From positions 113,067-177,066 of the forward strand of contig JAQVIY010000001.1 of NCBI GenBank assembly GCA_028695415.1: a DNA stretch of 64,000 nucleotides. Reading direction: 5' to 3'. The notes below the pieces were generated by a model. That model did no database searches, was not told the DNA's origin, and saw only the letters and a program-made list of their open reading frames with translations. A program made the position numbers and the translations under genes. Positions 56,960 to 64,000 of the stretch are shown piece by piece (within the stretch, counting starts at the first letter, position 1; each line of letters begins with the position of its first letter). The stretch comes from Minisyncoccota bacterium (GTDB lineage: Bacteria; Patescibacteriota; Minisyncoccia; Phycocordibacterales; Phycocordibacteraceae).

Positions 56960-58414
56960 TTAGGATTCTATTTCCTCGATATTCTGCACCACATACTGCT
57001 TATTCTTCTCGATTGTCTCCGCTATTTTCTTCAGCGCAGACTTCATGTCTCGTGCCTCTAGGTCGGTTATAGCATCGCCATTATACTTCACTAAGAGGCT
57101 GTCTACCTCTTTTTTTATTATACCAAATGCCGTCTGGATGTCGCGCTGGGCAACCACGATCCGGCGGCGGCGTTGTTCTCGCTCCTTTTTGCCGATATAC
57201 CAGCCGAACGCGCCTCCTGCGAGGAGCGCAAGAATAAGGCTTATAAAGAATGAGGTTCGAGTGATGCCGACACCCGCGATAGTGATGAGCGGTATCTCAG
57301 AAATATCGAGTATTACTCGGCTCTCGGCTGTATTTCCCGCCCTATCAACCGCTTGTACGACGAGGCTATGTTTCCCCGCCTGCTGCGGAGGAAGCGTGTA
57401 TTTCGCGAGCATCGTGGTAGTCGAGAGCGTCCCGTCGAGCATAATCTTGTAATCGAGAATACCGGAAGGCTGATCATTGGTTCCGAACGCGATGGTCGGA
57501 GCGACATTTGCGGTCGTAAGTCCGTCGGGCGATGTCACGGTAAAACTAAGCGGCGGCGCGCTATCAATGCCGATGCGGTAATGCACGGTAGGGCCCCAGC
57601 CGACAGAATCTTTGAAGCGCACGTGCAGGTACCATATGCCGTCGGTAAGCGGACTGAACGTCTTATTATTGAAAAGCCCTTCAGAGGCAGTTGGGTCAAA
57701 CGTCGGCTGTTGATTGACCGCCGTAGCCACGTCGGTCACCTCTCGCGGCAAATCCCACTGAACGATGAACTTGGTAACGTCCGCATACCATGCGGACGAG
57801 TCGGGATAGAGCGGCACCGTGAGCACTGGTTTCGTCGGAAGACCCGTTGCGGTTACCGCCGTTCGAGTTATCTGAGATGGTGCGATAACTGCGGCGGTTT
57901 GCGAAGCGCTGCTCGTAAGCTGGAGACCGTTCATCGCCGTCAAAACGTTCGTACCGCTCCCATCACTTGCCGTCACCGCACCATCAGAGAAAATGATGCT
58001 GACCGCACCAGTACCCTTTACTTTGAAGGCTATACGGAGCACTTCGAGCGCCTTGCCGGATATGCCGCTTTGGCTCCCGCCGATAAAGGTCACCTGCCCC
58101 GCGTCATTTGAGAATGACGGCCCTTGAAGCCAGAAATCAAATGCCGACGTGCTTTTATCAAGACTGGTCACCTGCACGGTGTCTTTAGGGAACGTAATCG
58201 TCGCTTGCGCGGCGTTCACACCGACATCGGTGCTATCTATCTTTACATCTACCGTGAACGTATTCCCGACCGAGAACGTCTCTTTATCGGCAGTGAGGTT
58301 ATATGATGCGGCGCGCGCGGAGTACGGCGCGCCAAATACGAAGAAGAGCATCGCTATGCTTGAAAGCACTACGGCACGCTTCGTTACTGTCATTCTTGAA
58401 GTATACACCGTCAT
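56960..58414 (-). CDS. cell-surface anchoring protein: signal peptide, cohesin-like domain, C-terminal TM helix and a cytoplasmic coiled-coil tail
   Basis: The region after the signal peptide (ASYNLTADKETFSVGNTFTVDVKIDS...GQVTFIGGSQSGISGKALEVLRIAFKVKGTGAVSIIF) has the cohesin beta-sandwich pattern. TM helix FFISLILALLAGGAFGWYIG near the C-terminus. Confidence 0.6.
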   Translation of the reverse strand: MTVYTSRMTVTKRAVVLSSIAMLFFVFGAPYSARAASYNLTADKETFSVGNTFTVDVKIDSTDVGVNAAQATITFPKDTVQVTSLDKSTSAFDFWLQGPSFSNDAGQVTFIGGSQSGISGKALEVLRIAFKVKGTGAVSIIFSDGAVTASDGSGTNVLTAMNGLQLTSSASQTAAVIAPSQITRTAVTATGLPTKPVLTVPLYPDSSAWYADVTKFIVQWDLPREVTDVATAVNQQPTFDPTASEGLFNNKTFSPLTDGIWYLHVRFKDSVGWGPTVHYRIGIDSAPPLSFTVTSPDGLTTANVAPTIAFGTNDQPSGILDYKIMLDGTLSTTTMLAKYTLPPQQAGKHSLVVQAVDRAGNTAESRVILDISEIPLITIAGVGITRTSFFISLILALLAGGAFGWYIGKKEREQRRRRIVVAQRDIQTAFGIIKKEVDSLLVKYNGDAITDLEARDMKSALKKIAETIEKNKQYVVQNIEEIES

Positions 58415-58422
58415 ACCTGCAA

Positions 58423-61400
58423 TTATTTCTTCAAGGTGCGGACAAAGATGCTCAAGTCAGTGACATCGACTTTCCCGTCGCCGTTCAGATCATCGAGAAG
58501 TTGTGTCGCCTTGTTCGAGGAACTCCAGCGGGAAAGGAAGATGCTCCAGTCCTGCACATTTATCACGCCGTCCTGATTGAAGTCGGTCTGAGGAGTGAAG
58601 AGTGTCGTCACGGTGAACACTTTCTGAGGCGCAAAGTCGCTCGCTACACCGGAGGGCGAGGTCTGGCGAACCCGCACGGTGTGGCTGCCGAGCGAGAGAG
58701 AGCCGGTCGGATAAAGGATCTTATACGCGCCATCGGCGTCTGCCTTGGCCGTGACGGAGACTGCTTTGCCGTCAACCTGGGCGCTCACAGTGTATCCCGG
58801 CACCGCCATACCAATAAACCCGACGGTATCATTTTGTCGAACGGTCGGCCGAACGAGACCGAGGGTCGGCGAGAGCGCGGTATCAAGCGCAAGGAGCGCA
58901 TTGCTGCTCGTGTAATTAGCATTGAACGCCTTTATCTGGGTCGTGCGCCCGAGATCGTCAACACCGACAATGCCATAGGAACCAATCCCGACCGTAATTC
59001 CTTTCAGGAGGATTGAGAACGAACCGTTTGCTCGCGCCGTCGCTTGTCCTGCGAGAGTCGCTCCCGCCGGTGACACGGCGAGCACCTGCACACTCGCGTT
59101 CGGGAACGCTCGTCCGGAGATCTGTACGCCGGTTATCGCCGGTACCGGTTCAAGACCCGTACCGCCGCCGCTCACGCCCGTCACCGGTACAACCGGTATA
59201 GCTGAGAACAGCAGGCTCTGTGTCGAGGAAACATCGAGGCCGGTGGACTGCGTATCGGAGAGCGAGAGCGTTACCGTCTCAGCGACAGTATCGGAAAGCG
59301 AGATTGTCCCGACGCCGTTTGTCATCGTCACGAGCCCGGCCCCCGTAGCAGAGCCGTCCGTGCGAAGTGTCACGCCCGATACGATTGTCGTGTCGACATT
59401 TCCGTTCTCGTCTTGCGCTTCAACAGTTACGATAGCGGGTGTCCCTACTTGCACCGATGCGGGAGGAAGGATGACGAGCCGCGTCGCGACTATCGGTATC
59501 GCACTCACGGTCACCGAATCAACTGCGTCTTGAACGCCCGCACTGTCAGGAGCTGATGCGTTGTCGGACGCGGTGATGAGCCACGTGCCGGGGGTCTCGT
59601 CATAATACCAGAACGTACCCGAGGAACTGCCGTCGTTGATGGTCGCAAAGGTCGTCGGAGCTCCACCTACCGCGACCGCATAAAAGGCGGTCGTCGTTCC
59701 GGTTGAAGACGAATAAAAGTAGGCGAGCGTTACCCCCGTCGTCACGAGGTTGTTGTATTGGTCTTCGCGAGTCACGGTGTATCCGAGCCGCGTGCCTGCG
59801 GTCATATTACCCGGGTCGTTGAGGAGGAACTTCGCGACAGTTGCCGGCTGTACGGCGATAGCGTCGCTTGCATCAGCGATACCGCTTGCGTCGGGCGCTG
59901 TCGCGTTGTCAGAAACCGTAATGAACCAATTCCCTGCTTTTTCGTCGTATGCCCAGAAAGCTCCTGAAGAATTTCCATTCGAGATAACGAGCGAGGTGAT
60001 AGCGCTCCCTCCTGACGCGGAATCATAGAACTTTTTATTCACGCCGGTCGAAGAGCTGTAGAGATACGCATCCGTTGCACCCGTCGTCACCAGATTTCCG
60101 TATTGATCTTTACGGGTGACCGTATATCCGATGCGCACGCCCGCCGCCGAATCCCCCGGGTTATCGAGCGAGAACTGTGCGACGGCCCCCGGAGCAAAGG
60201 TGAGCGGCTGTGTCGAAGAGACATCGAGACCGGTACCTTGCGAATCGGCAAGAGAGAGTGTTCGCGTTCCCGCATGCGTATCGGAGAGCGGGAGCGTACC
60301 GACGCCGTTTACGATATTCACGAGTCCGGTGCCAGTTACGGTACCCGTCGCGGAAAGCGTCACATCGCTCTCATACGAGGTGTCGACATTACCGCTTCCA
60401 TCCTGCGCCTGCACCGTGACCGTTATCGGTGCGTCTACCGTCCCGTTTACAGGCGGGAGGATAACGAACCGCGTCGCAACTATCGGGGCCGCGTTTACTG
60501 CAACAGCGTCAGAAGCATCTGCGACACCCGTTGCCCCATCGGCAGTCGGCGTTGCATCAGAGACGGTCACGTTCCAGGTTCCTAGATTCGGATCCTCGTA
60601 CCAGAACGACGCGGACGATGCGCTATCGGGTATCGCAAGCGAGGTGATGCTGTTTCCGAGAGAAGCGGCATCATAAAACGCCGGGGAGCTCGTCCCGACG
60701 GAATTGCTGTAGAGATACACGTTTGTGCTGCCGCTTGTCGCGAGATTATTGAACTGGTCCTTGCGCGTCACGGTGTACCCAATCCGCGTGTCGACAGTCA
60801 TATCGCCAGGGTCATTGAGGGAGAGTGCAGCCGTCGGTCCCGCGACGACTCCAAGCGTTTGTACGGCATCATTGACGCCTGTAGTGCCGTCAGGCGCAGA
60901 CGCGTTGTCCGAAGCGGTAATACTCCAGCTCCCTGGAAGAGTGTCGTAATACCAGACACTCGCGCTCGACTGACCGGCAACTATCTGTACTGAAGATATG
61001 ACCGCACCGCCTGTCGCGGCGTCATAGAACTTCTTACTGCTTCCTGTCGAAGAACTATAGAGATATACCGTGCTGGTCGCAGACGAGCTTACATTGCCGT
61101 ACTGATCCTTGCGCGTCACGGTGTACGCCGCTCGTTCTCCCGCAATCAGCGTCGAGGGATTAGAAAGAGAGAACTGTGCAAGAACTCCTCCTGTGAAAGC
61201 GAGCGACTGTGTCGAAGATACATCGAGTCCGGTACTCTCTGAATCAGAGAGTGAGAGCGCCGCCGTCTCAGCAACCGTGTCTGAGATGGCGAGCGTGCCG
61301 ACGCCGTTTATGATATCTACGAGTCCGCCGCCGGTGGCAGAGCCGGTCGTCGCGAGCGTCACGTCGCTTTGATAATTAGTATCGACGCTGGTATCGGGTT

Positions 61401-63117
61401 TCTGCGCCTGCACCGTGACCGTTATCGGTGCGTCTACGGTCCCGCTTGTAGGAGGCAGGATGACGAACTTCGTCGCAACCGGCATCACCGTGACCGCATC
61501 AGTTGCGTCAGTGATGCCGGTAGCCCCGTCAGCGACCGGTGTCGCATCGGAAGCGGTGATGGTATATGAGCCCGGCGTCTCGTCGTAGTACCAGACGTTC
61601 GCCGTCGAATGTCCCGAACCTATCGCGATAGAGGTGATGACGGAACCTGCGAGAGAATCGTCATAAAACTTCTGCGTCCCTCCCGTCGAAGTGGTATAGA
61701 GGTAGACGGTCGTCGTCCCTGTGCCGACGGCATTCCCATACGAATCAAACCGGCTCACGGTATAGCCGAGTCGCGTTTTCGCGTACATGTCACCTGGGTT
61801 AGTAAGGGTAAGCGAAGCAACGGCTCCCGTGGCGACTACGAACGACTGGTCGACATTTGAGGCAGCAGTATAGTTGCTGTCCCCCGCTTGTGAGGCACGA
61901 ATGGTACAGGTGCCGATTGAGACAAGGTGCACGGTTGCCGTACTCACCGTACAGACACCGGCCGTAAGCGATGAGAATGAGACCGCGAGGCCGGAAGATG
62001 CGGTCGCGCTTACCGCGAAGTCAGCCTCGCCGAGCGTCTTGTTCGGGAGCGGGTTGAAGGTGATCGTCTGACTCGCAGGATTGATCGTGAATGTGCCGGC
62101 AGAAGCGGCAGTCAAGCTCGTATAGCTTGTCGTATCCGTCGGGACGAAGTTTGCAGTAACCGCATAGGAGCCGCCATTCGTTTGTGTTGCAGCACCACCC
62201 GTAAGCACAGTGTTCGCTGCTCCCGGAACGGATCCGGTAACCGTAGCCGCCTGAGCGGATCCGGTATAGGTGACGGGCGAATTGGTAACCGAGAGTGTGG
62301 GGGTCGCGCGCGTATCGTTCGTCACGCTGAGCTTGCCGGTTGTCGCCGCAAAGTACGTATTATTTTTATAGGTTGCCGTAGAGCTGGTGGAGCCCCAAGT
62401 GCCGTTGATTCTGCCGAGCCCGCCGAGCGTGAGATTAGCGACCGTGAGAGTAGTCCCCGCACCGATACTCGCTGTCGGTGTCCCGGTAGACGCGACACTG
62501 AGCGTGCCTCCGATTGAAATGCCCGACGCCATGGACTTTGTTCCGCTCCCGGAAAGCGTCACGTTGTTGTAAGTGAATACACCAAGCGTTTGATTGCCGG
62601 ACGCTGAATAGCTTGCGGTGCTGCCTGAGTTATACGCCCAATTGGCGATGCCCGTGGTCGCGGCAGTTGTGCTGAAATTGATAACGCCTCCATTATTGAC
62701 CTGCACGGTAGGACTATTCCCTGCGCCATTCTTGTTAAGACCATTGCTAACGGTTATTCGGAATGTTCCATTGACTACCATTCCGGGGTTCAGATTGTTT
62801 TTGATACCGAAGACCTTTCCTCCGTCCGTGAGTGTTCCGCCGCTGTTTATGGTGACAACGCCGGACTGGTTGAGGTTCGCACTCAGGCTCACCGTATCGC
62901 CAGACGCGATGATAACTGTGTCACTTGTCGCCGGCACGACACCGCCCGCCCATGTAGAGCCAACACTCCAGATACCACCACCGGTCCCGTTGCTTGTTCT
63001 TGTCGCGGCGAATGCCGTATTGGCTCCACTCAAAACGAACAACACTGCACTCACTATCACAACACGTCGGCAGATGGTACTCATAAAGTGAATATAAAGA
63101 TTAGTATCTCTATACAA
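58423..63117 (-). CDS. giant secreted surface protein (about 1560 aa): signal peptide, beta-strand-rich N-terminal region, Ig-like/MBG-like domains, two interleaved tandem repeat families, and a C-terminal type-I dockerin
   Basis: C-terminal DFNQDGVINVQD...DLNGDGKVDVTD is a two-loop calcium-binding dockerin. N-terminal signal peptide. The start may be the internal ATG 33 nt downstream. Confidence 0.85.
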   Translation of the reverse strand: MYRDTNLYIHFMSTICRRVVIVSAVLFVLSGANTAFAATRTSNGTGGGIWSVGSTWAGGVVPATSDTVIIASGDTVSLSANLNQSGVVTINSGGTLTDGGKVFGIKNNLNPGMVVNGTFRITVSNGLNKNGAGNSPTVQVNNGGVINFSTTAATTGIANWAYNSGSTASYSASGNQTLGVFTYNNVTLSGSGTKSMASGISIGGTLSVASTGTPTASIGAGTTLTVANLTLGGLGRINGTWGSTSSTATYKNNTYFAATTGKLSVTNDTRATPTLSVTNSPVTYTGSAQAATVTGSVPGAANTVLTGGAATQTNGGSYAVTANFVPTDTTSYTSLTAASAGTFTINPASQTITFNPLPNKTLGEADFAVSATASSGLAVSFSSLTAGVCTVSTATVHLVSIGTCTIRASQAGDSNYTAASNVDQSFVVATGAVASLTLTNPGDMYAKTRLGYTVSRFDSYGNAVGTGTTTVYLYTTSTGGTQKFYDDSLAGSVITSIAIGSGHSTANVWYYDETPGSYTITASDATPVADGATGITDATDAVTVMPVATKFVILPPTSGTVDAPITVTVQAQKPDTSVDTNYQSDVTLATTGSATGGGLVDIINGVGTLAISDTVAETAALSLSDSESTGLDVSSTQSLAFTGGVLAQFSLSNPSTLIAGERAAYTVTRKDQYGNVSSSATSTVYLYSSSTGSSKKFYDAATGGAVISSVQIVAGQSSASVWYYDTLPGSWSITASDNASAPDGTTGVNDAVQTLGVVAGPTAALSLNDPGDMTVDTRIGYTVTRKDQFNNLATSGSTNVYLYSNSVGTSSPAFYDAASLGNSITSLAIPDSASSASFWYEDPNLGTWNVTVSDATPTADGATGVADASDAVAVNAAPIVATRFVILPPVNGTVDAPITVTVQAQDGSGNVDTSYESDVTLSATGTVTGTGLVNIVNGVGTLPLSDTHAGTRTLSLADSQGTGLDVSSTQPLTFAPGAVAQFSLDNPGDSAAGVRIGYTVTRKDQYGNLVTTGATDAYLYSSSTGVNKKFYDSASGGSAITSLVISNGNSSGAFWAYDEKAGNWFITVSDNATAPDASGIADASDAIAVQPATVAKFLLNDPGNMTAGTRLGYTVTREDQYNNLVTTGVTLAYFYSSSTGTTTAFYAVAVGGAPTTFATINDGSSSGTFWYYDETPGTWLITASDNASAPDSAGVQDAVDSVTVSAIPIVATRLVILPPASVQVGTPAIVTVEAQDENGNVDTTIVSGVTLRTDGSATGAGLVTMTNGVGTISLSDTVAETVTLSLSDTQSTGLDVSSTQSLLFSAIPVVPVTGVSGGGTGLEPVPAITGVQISGRAFPNASVQVLAVSPAGATLAGQATARANGSFSILLKGITVGIGSYGIVGVDDLGRTTQIKAFNANYTSSNALLALDTALSPTLGLVRPTVRQNDTVGFIGMAVPGYTVSAQVDGKAVSVTAKADADGAYKILYPTGSLSLGSHTVRVRQTSPSGVASDFAPQKVFTVTTLFTPQTDFNQDGVINVQDWSIFLSRWSSSNKATQLLDDLNGDGKVDVTDLSIFVRTLKK
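59370..61830 (-). repeat. interleaved tandem coding repeats inside the giant protein gene (about 115-aa unit x5 and about 95-aa unit x3)
   Basis: Unit A recurs as ..YTVTRKDQYGN...VYLYSSSTG..KKFYD..GG..I.S..I..G.SS..W.YDE.PG.W.ITASDNA.APD. Unit B as VATRFVILPP..GTVDAPITVTVQAQ...GNVDT....DVTL...G..TG.GLV.I.NGVGT..LSDT.A.T..LSL.DS..TGLDVSSTQ.L.F. Boundaries approximate. Confidence 0.7.
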
Positions 63118-63233
63118 TATATAGTATGTATCGCACGGTTATACGCTCTCTCAGTGTTCGTGTGTGGATAGGGATGTTATAAACGCGCTCCTAATAGCGC
63201 AACGAGAGAAGAGATGGTATAAAATACAAACAA

Positions 63234-63305
63234 GGCCTCATCGTCTAACGGCTAGGACAGATCCCTCTCACGGATCAAATCGGGGTTCGATTCCCCGTGA
63301 GGTCA
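63234..63305 (+). tRNA. tRNA-Glu (anticodon CTC); CCA not encoded
   Basis: Hand-folded. Acceptor ggcctca/tgaggtc (one G-U pair), D-arm gtc-taacggctag-gac, anticodon stem gatcc/ggatc with loop ctCTCac, T-arm cgggg-ttcgatt-ccccg. Confidence 0.75.
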
Positions 63306-63354
63306 CAAGCGGCCAGCCGAGAAGCGTAAGCTTCTCGGCTGTTGCCGTCTTGTA

Positions 63355-63498
63355 GACCTCACGGGGAATCGAAGGCGAGCGCGAGTGGCCGGCTCAGCAG
63401 AGCCGGTCGCGCGAGCGTGGTCAGGCGGAGCGAGGAGTGACGACGACGAAGCGAGCGCTTGACCGAAACCGTAATCGGGGTTCCCCGTGAGGTCACCA
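63355..63498 (+). repeat. inverted (63355..63373) and direct degenerate (63474..63498, ending CCA) copies of the tRNA-Glu 3' end, bracketing GC-rich hairpins
   Basis: gacctcacggggaatcgaa is the reverse complement of the tRNA T-arm/acceptor. atcggggtt-ccccgtgaggtcacca repeats the tRNA 3' end with a 5-nt T-loop deletion. Confidence 0.6.
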
Positions 63499-63502
63499 GA
63501 GC

Positions 63503-63530
63503 AAAAACCGCCCTCGGGCGGTTTTTGCTT
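63503..63530 (+). terminator. rho-independent terminator
   Basis: aaaaaccgccc-tcg-ggcggtttttgcttt hairpin with T-tract. Confidence 0.8.
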
Positions 63531-63566
63531 TATAAATCCTCTGTTTCTCGTCTCGGGTAATCGAGA

Positions 63567-64000
63567 TTATGCCTTCTGCTTCCACTTGTGTTCCTGTCGA
63601 ACGAGACGATTAGCATCGGCCGGGTCAGCGAGAAGCGCCTCGACAATGCGTTCAGTACGCATCGACTGGGAGCCCTTTACGAGAAGTACGTCCCCTGCCT
63701 GGACGAAATCAACAAGCGCGGCGGCGGCGGCATATGCGGTATCAAATTGCATCACTTCCGTATCCCGTGCCGCCGATGCAAACGCACGGGCGCGAATGCC
63801 AACCGTGATAATAACATCGGCAGACTTTTCCGCGAGCGCGCCGATGCGTTCATGCTCTGCTACTGAGTAACGCCCAAGCTCAAGCATATCGCCGAGAACA
63901 GCGATGCGACGCTTCACGTGCGGCAATGCTTTGAGCGTCTTCAAAGCCTCTTCGACCGCTGCGGGTGATGCATTGTAAGAATCATCAATAATGACTGAAT
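63567..64000 (-). CDS. murF: UDP-N-acetylmuramoyl-tripeptide--D-alanyl-D-alanine ligase, C-terminal part (N-terminus lies beyond the window)
   Basis: VLGDMLELG and LLVKGSQSMRTERIVEAL C-terminal Mur ligase motifs. The frame is open to the window end. Confidence 0.8.
   Translation of the reverse strand, partial: SVIIDDSYNASPAAVEEALKTLKALPHVKRRIAVLGDMLELGRYSVAEHERIGALAEKSADVIITVGIRARAFASAARDTEVMQFDTAYAAAAALVDFVQAGDVLLVKGSQSMRTERIVEALLADPADANRLVRQEHKWKQKA

Noticed and set aside
59370-61830. Periodic DNA repeats that could be mistaken for a CRISPR array or satellite.
   Set aside because: The period is about 300 bp and matches the interleaved protein repeat units of one continuous 1560-codon ORF. 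There are no short identical direct repeats with unique spacers and no cas genes.
63234-63530. Possibility that the tRNA-Glu plus downstream partial copy is a tmRNA or a permuted tmRNA.
   Set aside because: The 5' part is a complete stand-alone tRNA cloverleaf with a Glu anticodon. The downstream copy's T-loop is reduced to 3-4 nt, and no resume codon or tag reading frame is apparent. Kept only as a structural oddity in the findings.

Overview
Dense, mostly co-directional bacterial chromosome segment with moderately high G+C. Several traits recall Patescibacteria/CPR genomes: a short AlaRS lacking the C-terminal domain, an archaeal-type AspRS, an archaeal-type IMP cyclohydrolase (PurO), a Cys-less L36, peptide insertions in conserved proteins, a free-standing LAGLIDADG endonuclease, and a cohesin/dockerin surface-protein pair. 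Recognisable content, in order: a nuclease/UDG operon (Mrr-like domain, membrane protein, Cas4-like Fe-S PD-(D/E)XK nuclease, ung); purO; an HD (p)ppGpp-hydrolase-like gene; M3 oligopeptidase; alaS; the tail of the ribosomal spc/alpha operon (infA-rpmJ-rpsM-rpsK-rpsD-rpoA-rplQ) followed by rplM-rpsI; a low-GC islet with an ImmA/IrrE-type metallopeptidase plus a small membrane protein directly upstream of grpE-dnaK-dnaJ; an ABC exporter flanked by two near-identical small coiled-coil genes; tyrS followed immediately by tRNA-Tyr; pyrD, trpS, aspS, scpA/scpB; a cell-wall block (dacA-like S11 peptidase, mraY, ftsW, murG) and gltX; an M23 peptidase; a low-GC islet with a LAGLIDADG homing endonuclease; LOG, rpmA, rplI, an S41 protease, a CorA-like transporter, cysS, dnaB, an MFS transporter, recR, a DEAD-box helicase, rplU and rmuC. 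The last ~12 kb is one minus-strand block: a giant dockerin-bearing repetitive surface protein, a membrane-anchored cohesin protein, and a five-gene sensory module (RR, MEDS+PAS protein, polytopic membrane protein, Cache/HAMP/PAS histidine kinase, RR). It is followed by tRNA-Glu, a peculiar tRNA-end repeat structure, and the 3' end of murF. No rRNA or CRISPR array was seen. All calls rest on motif recognition by eye and the supplied ORF track; no database search was run.
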